Assembly: GCA_001824825.1 (NCBI GenBank)
Contig: MHTK01000004.1
Coordinates: 1-61,503 of the forward strand
Direction: 5' to 3'
Origin: Candidatus Vogelbacteria bacterium RIFOXYD1_FULL_46_19
Lineage (GTDB): Bacteria; Patescibacteriota; Minisyncoccia; Phycocordibacterales; XYD1-FULL-46-19
Length of the DNA: 61,503 nucleotides
Both the position numbers and the translations under genes were made by a program. Every line of letters starts with the position of its first letter. Position 1 is the stretch's first letter. Below the pieces are notes generated by a model. It made no database searches, was not told the origin of the DNA, and saw nothing but the letters and a program-made list of their open reading frames with translations. Shown here in pieces: positions 1-8,633 of this stretch.

Positions 1-400
1 CGCGGAAGCGGTTTAAAATATCCCGGGCATCACTCGCCACCTCAAGCAAGGCTAGGAGTAAGTGCTCGGTAGACACAAATTCATCATCAAACTGAGTCGC
101 CATTTTAGCGGCTACGTCAAAAATACGCACCAACTCGGGCGTCAGATAAATTTGATAAGATGGTGAAGACACACTACCACCTTCGGTTGTTTCCATCAGC
201 TCCATAATGTAGTCGGTCAGCATCAAGCTGTCGACTTCAAGTTTATCAATAATCGAAATGGTGGTACTTTCTTCCTGCAGGAGTAAAGCCGCCAACAAGT
301 GGCTCGGATTGACGTGGTTCTGGCCTCGCTCAATCGCCAATTCATGAGCTTTACGAATCACTTCACGAGCTTTAGAGGTAAATTTTTGAAATGGAGGCAT
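1..400 (-). CDS. ClpB/ClpC-family ATP-dependent chaperone, N-terminal Clp repeat domain (partial, runs off the window edge)
   Basis: Manual translation from ATG at 400: MPPFQKFTSKAREVIRKAHELAIERGQNHVNPSHLLAALL...EFVSTEHLLLALL, two Clp-N repeats. Not in the ORF track because it is truncated. Confidence 0.9.
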   Translation of the reverse strand, partial: MPPFQKFTSKAREVIRKAHELAIERGQNHVNPSHLLAALLLQEESTTISIIDKLEVDSLMLTDYIMELMETTEGGSVSSPSYQIYLTPELVRIFDVAAKMATQFDDEFVSTEHLLLALLEVASDARDILNRFR

Positions 401-491
401 AAATAATTTTAAGTTAAAGGACAATAAAATTCGTAACAGCCAAGAATACTCAGTCACACTCGTTAAGGTGTCTACAGGTACTATACAATTT

Positions 492-1313
492 TTAGTTTAT
501 TGAGTCAATGGTAGAGGTAATCACTTTTTTGCCTACCGCCACCCCTGGTTCTAGACTAAGGCCAATGACTTGACCACTAATATTAACCAAGGGTCCGCCC
601 ACATTGTCGGCCGAGGCCGCATTGGTGGAGATAATGGTGGTCGAACCAGTCTGGCTCCCGGTGCCAGCAAACAAGTCAGCAACGATTCCAATAGCCACCC
701 GATGATTACCCCTGACAGTGGCTCCAAAACTGATCACTGTCTGACCAACGGCGGTATCACTCTTCCCTAGCTCCAAAGGAACAACCGAGGTAGAGGGCTC
801 CGCTGTCTCACCAACAGAACCGGCCTTGGGAGAGAGCACAGCCACTTCCCCACCAGCACTAAACCTTGTCACTGTTAGTAGACGAATCTCCCCACTCTCC
901 ATTACGACTTCATAACGGCCTTTATCCTTAACTAAGCTGCCGGCTGTCATGAAGTGGCCGGCCACATCAGCCAGCCAGGCTGTACCCAGCGTCACCCCAG
1001 CCTCCCGACTAGTACTTTCAGCCCGCAACAAACCAACTGCCGGTGACACTTTATCGATCGCTTTTAAAACCAACTCTTCCTCAGTCACTATTACCGGCAC
1101 TTCCACTTCTTTGATCACGGTCGCTACTTGAGTTTCTTTAGGTCTGACTTGTTCGACGGTCCTTTCCACCACGTGCGTAATAGTGCGACTCACCCCTTCC
1201 GGCGCTTGATCCATCAAAGTCACCGTCACAATACCGGTGGCAATCGAAGTGATAAAGCTAATGAGTAGGGTGAGTAAAATTATTTGGCTTTTGTTTAGCT
1301 GTTCTATATCCAT
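492..1313 (-). CDS. Membrane-anchored trypsin-like (S1C/HtrA-like) protease-fold protein, catalytic triad lost
   Basis: N-terminal TM, VxPAV motif, and NVGGPLVNISGQVIG in place of NSGGPL. Confidence 0.75.
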   Translation of the reverse strand: MDIEQLNKSQIILLTLLISFITSIATGIVTVTLMDQAPEGVSRTITHVVERTVEQVRPKETQVATVIKEVEVPVIVTEEELVLKAIDKVSPAVGLLRAESTSREAGVTLGTAWLADVAGHFMTAGSLVKDKGRYEVVMESGEIRLLTVTRFSAGGEVAVLSPKAGSVGETAEPSTSVVPLELGKSDTAVGQTVISFGATVRGNHRVAIGIVADLFAGTGSQTGSTTIISTNAASADNVGGPLVNISGQVIGLSLEPGVAVGKKVITSTIDSIN

Positions 1314-1357
1314 CTTTTATATATTAAGCAAGGATTGGTTAAAACACAAATTTCCCC

Positions 1358-1969
1358 TTACGACAGAAACCGTCGATTCACCTCCTCCCAATTAATGACT
1401 TTGAAAAAATTTTCCACATACTCCGGTCGCCGGTTTTGGTACTTAAGGTAATAAGCATGTTCCCACACATCAATACCTAACAGGGGGGTGACGCCCAGAC
1501 TCCAAGGTGAATCTTGATTGGCGGTGGCTAAAACGGCCAAACCGCTATCACCCCGAGTAAGCCAGGCCCAGCCCGAGCCAAACTGCCCCAGAGCGGCCTC
1601 GGTTAACTTAGATTTAAAAGACTCGAAACCACCAAAGCTATCGTCAAGAGCTTCCTTGATATTGCCCACTGGCGCTAAAACTTCACCCGCCGGCGCTAAA
1701 ATTGACCAGAAGAGCGAGTGATTAGCATGTCCACCGCCATGATTTCTAACCGCCAACCGAATAGCTTCCGGCACTTGATCTAAATTTTTTAGCAAGTTTT
1801 CCACAGGGTGAGTTGCCCAGTCCGGATATTTTTCCAGAGCCGTATTTAATTTATCAATATAGGCCTGGTGATGCCGATCGTGATGCACGGTCATGGTAGC
1901 AGCATCAAGGTACGGCTCGAGCGCATCATAAGCGTAGGGTAAGGGTGGTAACTGGTGCATAATAGCCAT
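1358..1969 (-). CDS. sodA: Superoxide dismutase, Fe/Mn family (Mn-type signature)
   Basis: [44 protein letters not shown]. Confidence 0.97.
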   Translation of the reverse strand: MAIMHQLPPLPYAYDALEPYLDAATMTVHHDRHHQAYIDKLNTALEKYPDWATHPVENLLKNLDQVPEAIRLAVRNHGGGHANHSLFWSILAPAGEVLAPVGNIKEALDDSFGGFESFKSKLTEAALGQFGSGWAWLTRGDSGLAVLATANQDSPWSLGVTPLLGIDVWEHAYYLKYQNRRPEYVENFFKVINWEEVNRRFLS

Positions 1970-2044
1970 GTAAATTAGTTTTTATTAAACAGACTTCAAC
2001 TTATTATATCACGTTCAACTAAACGCTAATGTTACAACTAGAAC

Positions 2045-3241
2045 TTAGCTAGGTCTTTTCATTATTAAGTCCAAAGCTGCCAGAAATTTATCCGCCACCG
2101 CCACCGTCACTTCTTTATCTAAAGATAAGCGAACTGACGATTCGGCTGGAGCGGCACTTTGATACAAAGCTCGGAGGACGTGCTGATCATGGTCATGGTT
2201 AGTAGAACAAGCACTGCCGGTTGACGTAGCAAAGCCTAAAGCATCCAACTGAATCACTAGCCACTCCGCCTCCATCCCCGGAACAGTGAAGTTAATATTA
2301 TTCGGTGACCGATTGGTAAGAGCGCCGTGAAAAATTAAACCAGACCCTTGTTCCTTTAATCTAGCTACTAAATAATCTCGGGCAGCTGTGACTAGCTGAT
2401 TAGAAACCGAAGCTTGCTTGGTGGCAAGGCTAAGCGCGGTCGAAAGCCCTACTAGCGCCGGCACATTTTCCGTACCGGAACGTTGACTATGATTTTGGCC
2501 ACCCCCTAAAATTTGGGGTTGCAAAGAAATACCTTGGCGACAGTACAACAAGCCCGACCCCTTGGGGCCATAAATTTTTGAGCCGTTTAAAGTCATCATA
2601 TCCACCCCCAACTTGCGGACGTCGAGATCAAAAAACCGTGGTGCCTGGCAAGCATCGGTATGAAACAACGGATAAGCTTGTTGGCTCCGCTTTCTTTCCA
2701 GTCGAATTAGTTTGGCCAGCTCCCGCAAGGGAAAGACGGTGCCAATTTCATTATTAACATAACTAACCGAGACTAAAGTAGTAGGCCTTTTTAAGGCCCG
2801 CTTAAACTGGTCCAAATTAATTTCTCCCAATTTATTAACCGGCAAAATTTCCACTTCCCAACCTTGACTAGCCAAACAGCTAAGCGGGGCGAGGACACTC
2901 CGATGTTCGGTGGCCACCGCCACTATCCGGCCGGGCCGGCGAAACTGCTGCTCATAACCCCGTGCTACTCCTAATAAAGCTAAGTTATTAGCTTCCGTTC
3001 CGCCCGAGGTAAAAATGATTTCCTCAGCCTTCACCGAGAGGCACCCCGCCACCTGCTCCCTGGCCTGCCGCATGGCTTTAGCGGCAATCACTCCTTCCCG
3101 GTGGATACTTGAAGGATTACCAAAATCAGTCTCGAAAAATGGCTTCATCGCTTTAAAAACTTCAGGCTCCAAGGGGGTGGCCGCTGCCGTATCAAAATTA
3201 TAGCGCTGACGCTTCGACTTAAACTTAAAAAGTGTTTTCAT
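2045..3241 (-). CDS. iscS: Cysteine desulfurase, group I (IscS/NifS)
   Basis: FTSGGTEANN, HTDACQ, GSKIYGPKG (PLP lysine), RSGTENV, STGSAC. Confidence 0.93.
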   Translation of the reverse strand: MKTLFKFKSKRQRYNFDTAAATPLEPEVFKAMKPFFETDFGNPSSIHREGVIAAKAMRQAREQVAGCLSVKAEEIIFTSGGTEANNLALLGVARGYEQQFRRPGRIVAVATEHRSVLAPLSCLASQGWEVEILPVNKLGEINLDQFKRALKRPTTLVSVSYVNNEIGTVFPLRELAKLIRLERKRSQQAYPLFHTDACQAPRFFDLDVRKLGVDMMTLNGSKIYGPKGSGLLYCRQGISLQPQILGGGQNHSQRSGTENVPALVGLSTALSLATKQASVSNQLVTAARDYLVARLKEQGSGLIFHGALTNRSPNNINFTVPGMEAEWLVIQLDALGFATSTGSACSTNHDHDQHVLRALYQSAAPAESSVRLSLDKEVTVAVADKFLAALDLIMKRPS

Positions 3242-3314
3242 CGGCTAATTGTAACCACTTCTTAGGTTTTTGCCAAAACCAACCTTTTACGCTATAATTT
3301 CCAGTATCGTGACT

Positions 3315-3770
3315 ATGAACATCGACCTTTTTCAAATAGTCGTTTTCCTAGGGCTTATTTTCGTCCTGGCCGTTTGGATATTTACTCTAGAGTGGCGACT
3401 TAAAAAGTTGTTTCGGGGCCAAAAGGGCCAAGACCTAGAAGGGGTAATGGCTGATTTGGGCCAAGCAATGGACGGGGTGATCCAAAAATCCAAGCACGAC
3501 GATGCCCTCTTTGAAGATATTTATCGCCGCCTCCGTCATACCCTGCAACGTCTCCACACCGTCAGATTCAACCCTTTTTCCGATCAGGGTAGCAATCAGA
3601 GCTTTGCTACCGCTTTAATGGACGAAGATGGTAACGGTGTGGTAATGTCGAGTTTATACTCGCGGGATAAGGTTAGTATTTATGCCAAGCCTTTGACCCA
3701 TTTCCAATCGGAATACGAACTATCTAAAGAAGAAGCTAGGGCTATTGATGAAGCTCGTCGGAAAAGTTAG
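3315..3770 (+). CDS. DUF4446-family membrane protein
   Basis: N-terminal TM, then VRFNPFSDQGSNQSFATALMDEDGNGVVMSSLYSRD..YAKP. Start moved to the MNIDL ATG at 3315. Confidence 0.8.
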   Translation: MNIDLFQIVVFLGLIFVLAVWIFTLEWRLKKLFRGQKGQDLEGVMADLGQAMDGVIQKSKHDDALFEDIYRRLRHTLQRLHTVRFNPFSDQGSNQSFATALMDEDGNGVVMSSLYSRDKVSIYAKPLTHFQSEYELSKEEARAIDEARRKS

Positions 3771-3800
3771 TCACAATCGGTTTTAATTCATTGTATATTT

Positions 3801-5324
3801 ATGACTGCAGCCACCTCTGCACAATTTAAAAGTGCGGTTCGTCCGCCGGTAGTGGTAGTCGTGGGTCATATTGACCACGGCAAATCCACCCTGCTCGACT
3901 ATATTCGGAAAAGCAATGTCGTGGCAACTGAAGCAGGCGGTATTACCCAGCACACTAGTGCTTATGAAGTTATTCATCCAGCTGAAGATGGTATCGAGCG
4001 AAAATTAACCTTTTTAGATACTCCTGGTCACGAAGCTTTTGCGGAAATGCGAGCCCGAGGAGCTAGTGTTTCCGACGTAGCTATTTTAGTCGTATCCGCC
4101 GAAGACGGCGTGAAGCCGCAAACCCTAGAAGCCTTGGCTGCCGTGAAAGCGGCCGGGATTCCTTTTGTAGTCGCTATCAATAAAATTGACCGCCCTAATG
4201 CCAATCCCGATCGCGTCAAACAAGAGTTGGGTGAACACGAAGTTTACGTGGAAAGTTATGGCGGTAAAGTACCAAGCGTCAATATTTCCGCCAAAACCGG
4301 TGAGGGTATTTCGGACTTGCTCGATCTAATCCTCTTAGTGTCCGATCTGGAAAACTTGACCGGTATCATTTCGGAGCCGGCCGATGGCTATGTTTTAGAA
4401 TCATATTTGGATCCCAAAGTAGGTATTACTATCACCCTCATCATTAAAAACGGCACCTTACTCTTAGGTGACTTGGTGGTGATTGAAGATAAGATGGCTA
4501 AAATTAAAAAAATTGAAAACTTCTTAGGTAATAGTATTAAATCAGCTTCGCTCTCTGCTCCGGTTAAAATTTACGGTTTTACCGACCCGGTGGAAGTGGG
4601 TCAAGACTTTAAAGCTTTTGGTAATAAAAAGGAAGCTGAAAAATATGTCAAAGATCATACGGATAAAAAAGAAGTTACCGACGCCAAATCGCCAGTCGCG
4701 GCCACCCTGGGATCTGAATCGGTGGAGCTAGCCATGGTCATTAAGAGTGACTCGCATGGCACCCTAGAGGCTGTTATGCATGAAGTCTGTAAGCTCGCCA
4801 GTGACCGGGTGCGATTTAAAATTGTCGATACGGGTATTGGTACCATTACTGACCGGGACTTAAAACTCCTGATTGGCTCCAGTCACCCGCTAGTGGCCGG
4901 CTTTAACGTGCGAGCCGATCGGTCCGCTTCTGACCTCGCCGAACGCTACAATGTTCCCTTGCAAACTTTCGATATTATTTACAAACTGACCGAGTGGTTA
5001 GAGGAGCAACTAAAACTTAATCGTCCCGAACTAACCGAAGAGGTGGTTATGGGCCAAGTTAAAATCTTAAAGGTATTCAGCCAAAATAACACCAAGCAAG
5101 TCGTGGGTGGGCAAGTGCAAACTGGCCGCTTTAAGAAAGGGGCTAGTGTTAAAATTGTGAGGCGCGAAGCCGAAATTGGCCGGGGTAAAGTGGTAGAGCT
5201 ACAAGCCCAAAAAGTAGCCGTAGCAGAAGTGTTAGAAGGCGATCAGTTTGGAACGATGATTGATGCCAAAATTCAACTGTCAGCCGGTGATGTCCTGCAA
5301 GCGGTGGAAATGGTCACTCAGTAA
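3801..5324 (+). CDS. infB: Translation initiation factor IF-2 (compact, no N-terminal extension)
   Basis: RPPVVVVVGHIDHGKSTLLD, EAGGITQH, DTPGHEAF, NKID. Confidence 0.97.
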   Translation: MTAATSAQFKSAVRPPVVVVVGHIDHGKSTLLDYIRKSNVVATEAGGITQHTSAYEVIHPAEDGIERKLTFLDTPGHEAFAEMRARGASVSDVAILVVSAEDGVKPQTLEALAAVKAAGIPFVVAINKIDRPNANPDRVKQELGEHEVYVESYGGKVPSVNISAKTGEGISDLLDLILLVSDLENLTGIISEPADGYVLESYLDPKVGITITLIIKNGTLLLGDLVVIEDKMAKIKKIENFLGNSIKSASLSAPVKIYGFTDPVEVGQDFKAFGNKKEAEKYVKDHTDKKEVTDAKSPVAATLGSESVELAMVIKSDSHGTLEAVMHEVCKLASDRVRFKIVDTGIGTITDRDLKLLIGSSHPLVAGFNVRADRSASDLAERYNVPLQTFDIIYKLTEWLEEQLKLNRPELTEEVVMGQVKILKVFSQNNTKQVVGGQVQTGRFKKGASVKIVRREAEIGRGKVVELQAQKVAVAEVLEGDQFGTMIDAKIQLSAGDVLQAVEMVTQ

Positions 5325-5364
5325 TGCATTTTTAAAAACTCTCTTGTATAATATTTAAGGTAAT

Positions 5365-5673
5365 ATGCCTGATTTGCACCATCATAGGCTCGAGCGATCC
5401 CTCACTGAACTGGTGGCTAAGTTCATTAACCAAGAAGCCTCCACTCAGTCCTTGGTCACAGTCACCCGTTTGAAACTATCTGAAGATCAGTATCATGCTG
5501 ATATTTACATTTCAGTTTTGCCGGAAGCGGAGGAGCGAGCCGCCTTGGCTTTTGTAAAAAACCATTTGAGCGAATTGCGCGACTATGTCAAAAAGCAGGC
5601 CAACTTTCGCTCACTACCGCACTTTACTGTGGATCTGGATTATGAAGAAAAGGCTCGCCAAATGGGAAGTTAA
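5365..5673 (+). CDS. rbfA: Ribosome-binding factor A
   Basis: Directly after infB; VTVTRLKLSED..ADIYISV and LPHFTVDLD match the RbfA KH pattern. Confidence 0.85.
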   Translation: MPDLHHHRLERSLTELVAKFINQEASTQSLVTVTRLKLSEDQYHADIYISVLPEAEERAALAFVKNHLSELRDYVKKQANFRSLPHFTVDLDYEEKARQMGS

Positions 5674-5678
5674 GTCAT

Positions 5679-5750
5679 GGCCTGGTGGCGAAGTGGTAAC
5701 GCAGCGGTCTGCAAAACCGCGATGCGCGGGTTCAATTCCCGCCCAGGCCT
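5679..5750 (+). tRNA. tRNA-Cys(GCA)
   Basis: GGCCTGG acceptor / CCAGGCC, anticodon arm GCGGT-CTGCAAA-ACCGC, T loop GGTTCAATTCC; CCA not encoded. Confidence 0.95.
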
Positions 5751-5777
5751 CAATAAATTTATATATAATTTAATAAT

Positions 5778-5850
5778 GCCCTGTTAGCTCAGTTGGCCCG
5801 GCCCGCAACGCCTGAGCAAGCTCTAGACTAGCGATGGCGGGCGAGTAGAA
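5778..5850 (+). pseudogene. tRNA-Lys 5' fragment with a palindromic insert at the D loop
   Basis: GCCCTGTTAGCTCAGTTGG is identical to 6015-6033, followed by a 48-bp GC-rich insert and GTAGA; no 3' half. Confidence 0.85.
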
Positions 5851-5900
5851 ATTTAAACAAAAATATGATGACATAATTTGACAAATTTTAGTTTTATAAT

Positions 5901-5956
5901 GCCCTGTTAGCTCAGTTGGCCCGCCTGCCATTGCTACGCTTCAGGCGTTAGTGGGC
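5901..5956 (+). pseudogene. Second tRNA-Lys 5' fragment with the related palindrome in the opposite orientation
   Basis: Same 19-nt tRNA 5' end, then CCCGCCTGCCATTGCTACGCTTCAGGCGTTAGTGGGC. Confidence 0.85.
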
Positions 5957-6014
5957 ACAAGATAGTTAACAACTTAGTGATCAATGATACAATAGTGAAA
6001 ATTTAATCTTATAT

Positions 6015-6087
6015 GCCCTGTTAGCTCAGTTGGTAGAGCAGTCGCCTCTTAAGCGAACGGTCGCAGGTTCGAATCCTGCACGGGGCA
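6015..6087 (+). tRNA. tRNA-Lys(CTT)
   Basis: GCCCTGT/ACGGGGC acceptor, TCGC-CTCTTAA-GCGA anticodon arm, GGTTCGAATCC. Confidence 0.95.
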
Positions 6088-6120
6088 CAAAATAAAAACG
6101 CCGTTAGGCGTTTTTATTTT

Positions 6121-6426
6121 GTGCCCCGTGAGCAAGCCAACTGCTTGGCTTGCGGTCAGGATTCGAACACCGGAGTTATGTTTGGTAAGCTTGCCAAACA
6201 AACGAGGTGGTGCCCAGACCAAAGTGAGTGGCGACGAGCTTTGAGTCGCGGGAGAATCCTGCCCCTAACTGCTTTGGTCGTGTGCAGGATTCGAAGAGGC
6301 TAAACATATCGCAGTGATCCGCCTTTGGCGGAGAAACGAGATGTGAAGCCTGTACCGTTCCCGCCCGCCTGCCATCGCCTGCTGGCTTAGGCGCTGGCGG
6401 GCAGGTAGGGGGAGAATCCTGCACCA
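6121..6426 (+). repeat. Two tandem tRNA-anchored structured mini-elements (class B then class A) tailored to tRNA-Lys
   Basis: CAGGATTCGAA...GAGAATCCTG arms repeated twice around conserved cores. Confidence 0.85.
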
Positions 6427-6512
6427 ACTGCCGGACGACTTTAAGACTTAGTAAGCAAAACAATAGCCCAACTTTTTAAAATATGGTAGCATCTAGAATG
6501 TTAACAACTAAA

Positions 6513-6594
6513 GCCCGGGTGGCGGAATTGGTATACGCGCACGACTTAAAATCGTGTCTCGAAAGGGATGCGGGTTCGATTCCCGCCCCGGGCA
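6513..6594 (+). tRNA. tRNA-Leu(TAA)
   Basis: GCCCGGG/CCCGGGC acceptor, CACGA-CTTAAAA-TCGTG, long variable arm. Confidence 0.95.
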
Positions 6595-6612
6595 CCTGTT
6601 ATTTGAAAGACC

Positions 6613-6696
6613 GCTGGAGTGGTGAAATTGGTAGACACGCAGCGTTCAGAGCGCTGTAGGGGCAACCCTATGGAGGTTCAAATCCTCTCTCCAGCA
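6613..6696 (+). tRNA. tRNA-Leu(CAG)
   Basis: GCTGGAG/CTCCAGC acceptor, CAGCG-TTCAGAG-CGCTG, long variable arm. Confidence 0.95.
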
Positions 6697-6723
6697 CACG
6701 TTTCGCTGTAAGCAAAAGATAGA

Positions 6724-6850
6724 GTGGTGGAGAAGCGACTGAACTGCTTCCGTCGCGTGAGAATTTGAAAGACTTTTCGTTGCCAAGCACCTGGTAAAGA
6801 TGACTTGGTCGAAAAGTACCAGCCCCCGTAGGGGGAAAGTCCTCTCTCCC
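6724..6850 (+). repeat. tRNA-anchored mini-element (class C) tailored to tRNA-Leu(CAG)
   Basis: GTGGTGGAGA..GAGAATTTGAA antisense arm, ACTTTTCG..CGAAAAGT stem, CCCCC-GTA-GGGGG, AAGTCCTCTCTCC sense arm. Confidence 0.8.
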
Positions 6851-6894
6851 GAAGGAAATAAACAAAGCGTAGGTTTTCAACACAAAAAAAATAT

Positions 6895-6976
6895 GCCGGG
6901 GTGGCGAAATTGGTAGACGCACTAGCCTTAGGAGCTAGCGGAGCAATCCATGGAGGTTCAAATCCTCTCCCCGGCA
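6895..6976 (+). tRNA. tRNA-Leu(TAG)
   Basis: GCCGGGG/CCCCGGC acceptor, CTAGC-CTTAGGA-GCTAG, long variable arm. Confidence 0.95.
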
Positions 6977-6992
6977 CAAAATTGAAAATTTT

Positions 6993-7126
6993 GAGCCGGG
7001 AACAAGTAAACTGCTTTACTTGTGGGAGGGGATTTGAAGAGGTTGATCATGTTGCAGTGAGCGGAGCGAAACGAGACGCGAAACCTGTACAGATTCCGTA
7101 GGAATCGAGTCCTCTCCCCGGCACCA
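6993..7126 (+). repeat. tRNA-anchored mini-element (class A) tailored to tRNA-Leu(TAG)
   Basis: GGAGGGGATTTGAA antisense arm, AGGTT..AACCT-GTAC, GATTCC-GTA-GGAATC, sense copy TCCTCTCCCCGGCACCA. Confidence 0.85.
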
Positions 7127-7191
7127 GTAGTAACTTGTTTGGCACCCTCCACTCCCCTTTTTAAGCCTTAAATCGAGGCGGATTTTTATCG

Positions 7192-7220
7192 TTGACTTTT
7201 AGGACTGAAAATGTTATAAT
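7192..7220 (+). promoter_or_regulatory. Sigma70-type promoter of the SPFH operon
   Basis: TTGACT-17 bp-TATAAT with an extended -10 TG. Confidence 0.8.
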
Positions 7221-7274
7221 TAAAGAAGTGAAATAGCTGTTTGACAACCGAACAGACATACAAGGAGAAGAAAG

Positions 7275-8633
7275 ATGTTTTGGTTAGGAATAATAATAGT
7301 CGTATCGACTTTCGCTTTAATCCTGATCCCAGGGGGGGTCTATATCTTTCAAAGAACGAAAGACGGAACAGATAACCAAGACATTTGGTTATCTCGTCCT
7401 GTTGTGGCGAGTGCAATTTATCTCGTCATAACCACCCTCTCTATAGTCGGGCTATACGCCGACTATCAACTGAAGTGGCCATACTGGTCATGGACAGTTT
7501 TCATCCTTCTCTTGATTCCCCTCCACTTAATCCTGTCCATCAGAAAAGTGGACATCGATGAGCTCGGAGTCATTCTCTTCTTCGGAAGAGTAGTTCAAGA
7601 TTTGGAGAAAACCGGCCCAGTCTGGATCCCGTGGCCACTGTATCAAATTGAACAAGTGACTGCACATATGCAGGAACTTGAACTCCCGGCGGCATCTTCT
7701 AAGATTTGGCGCGGGGAGATTGATGGTATGCCAAAGGACCAAGGTCTGCAGCCGGCATTTCGAGTAGTTCACCTGGCTCAAGACAATGAGGAATACCTGA
7801 AGAGCCTAAGGAACCTCGGTTACAAGATACCATCAGATGAGGAGATGGTGAAAAATGAGGCACAGGATAAAAGTGAATTAGATGCCTTATTCCGTAGACG
7901 CATAACTTCGGAAGTCGAAATATTCATAAGATGGAGAGTCTCCCCAGGAAACGCCGCTAGGTTCCTTAGAAACTATGGGGGTATCGAAGCGGTTAACTCC
8001 CAACTCGAAGACACCGTCAAAGGGACCGTCCTTGGGAACTTGGCCAAAATGAGCGCCGGAACAGCCCTTACACTCATAGACACCCTCAACGCTCAACTCA
8101 GAGACGAGTTAGACATAAGTCTAATCTCATTAGTACGATCTAATCACGGTTCTTCAGAAATTTCTGAACTGAGTCCGGAAGAATTCCGCGGACTTCCAGA
8201 GAAGGAAAAAAGGAAATTGATCGGCTCTCTCGGAATTGTATTTGAGGAAGCCCGGATCAAAGCTCTTAACCTCAATCATGCTTTGAATAAGTCGATGGCG
8301 GGGGCCGCCCAGGCTCAGTACGATAAACTCGATATCGAAGCAAGAGCTGAGGCTGAGAAGACTCGTTTGTCCAGAGAGGGTGAAGGTAAAGCTGAGGCAG
8401 CTAAACAGTTACTTCTGGCAGAAGCCGAAGGTCAAGCAGCTTTGGCAGAAGTCGCCGCCAGCGAAGGCGGGCAAGCTGCTCTGGCTTTCAAAGCCTTACA
8501 AACTGGACTGGAACAGTCTAAACACACCATCATCCCTGCTGGAGATGGCTTTGCTAGCCTAATGGGCCTAGCCGTTTCCGCCAAAGAAGTGCTGAAGAAT
8601 CAAGATCAAGGAGAAAAGGAGAACTCCGAATGA
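7275..8633 (+). CDS. SPFH (band 7/HflK-C-like) domain membrane protein
   Basis: N-terminal TMs, ELGVILFFGRVVQDLEKTGPVWIPWP, and a C-terminal A/E/K-rich coiled coil (AEAEKTRLSREGEGKAEA). Confidence 0.75.
   Translation: MFWLGIIIVVSTFALILIPGGVYIFQRTKDGTDNQDIWLSRPVVASAIYLVITTLSIVGLYADYQLKWPYWSWTVFILLLIPLHLILSIRKVDIDELGVILFFGRVVQDLEKTGPVWIPWPLYQIEQVTAHMQELELPAASSKIWRGEIDGMPKDQGLQPAFRVVHLAQDNEEYLKSLRNLGYKIPSDEEMVKNEAQDKSELDALFRRRITSEVEIFIRWRVSPGNAARFLRNYGGIEAVNSQLEDTVKGTVLGNLAKMSAGTALTLIDTLNAQLRDELDISLISLVRSNHGSSEISELSPEEFRGLPEKEKRKLIGSLGIVFEEARIKALNLNHALNKSMAGAAQAQYDKLDIEARAEAEKTRLSREGEGKAEAAKQLLLAEAEGQAALAEVAASEGGQAALAFKALQTGLEQSKHTIIPAGDGFASLMGLAVSAKEVLKNQDQGEKENSE

Noticed and set aside
5778-7126. 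CRISPR array suggested by repeated GCCCTGTTAGCTCAGTTGG and GGATTCGAA motifs
   Set aside because: The repeats are tRNA-derived, irregularly spaced and in mixed orientation; no cas genes and no constant repeat-spacer period.
6121-7152. ORFs 6121..6303, 6176..6463, 6668..6922, 6678..6977, 6901..7101, 6958..7152 (also 24832..25023, 27963..28187, 38910..39095, 40423..40650)
   Set aside because: They overlap tRNAs or the structured mini-elements and have no protein motifs; shared peptides such as GTVQASHLVS just reflect the DNA repeat.
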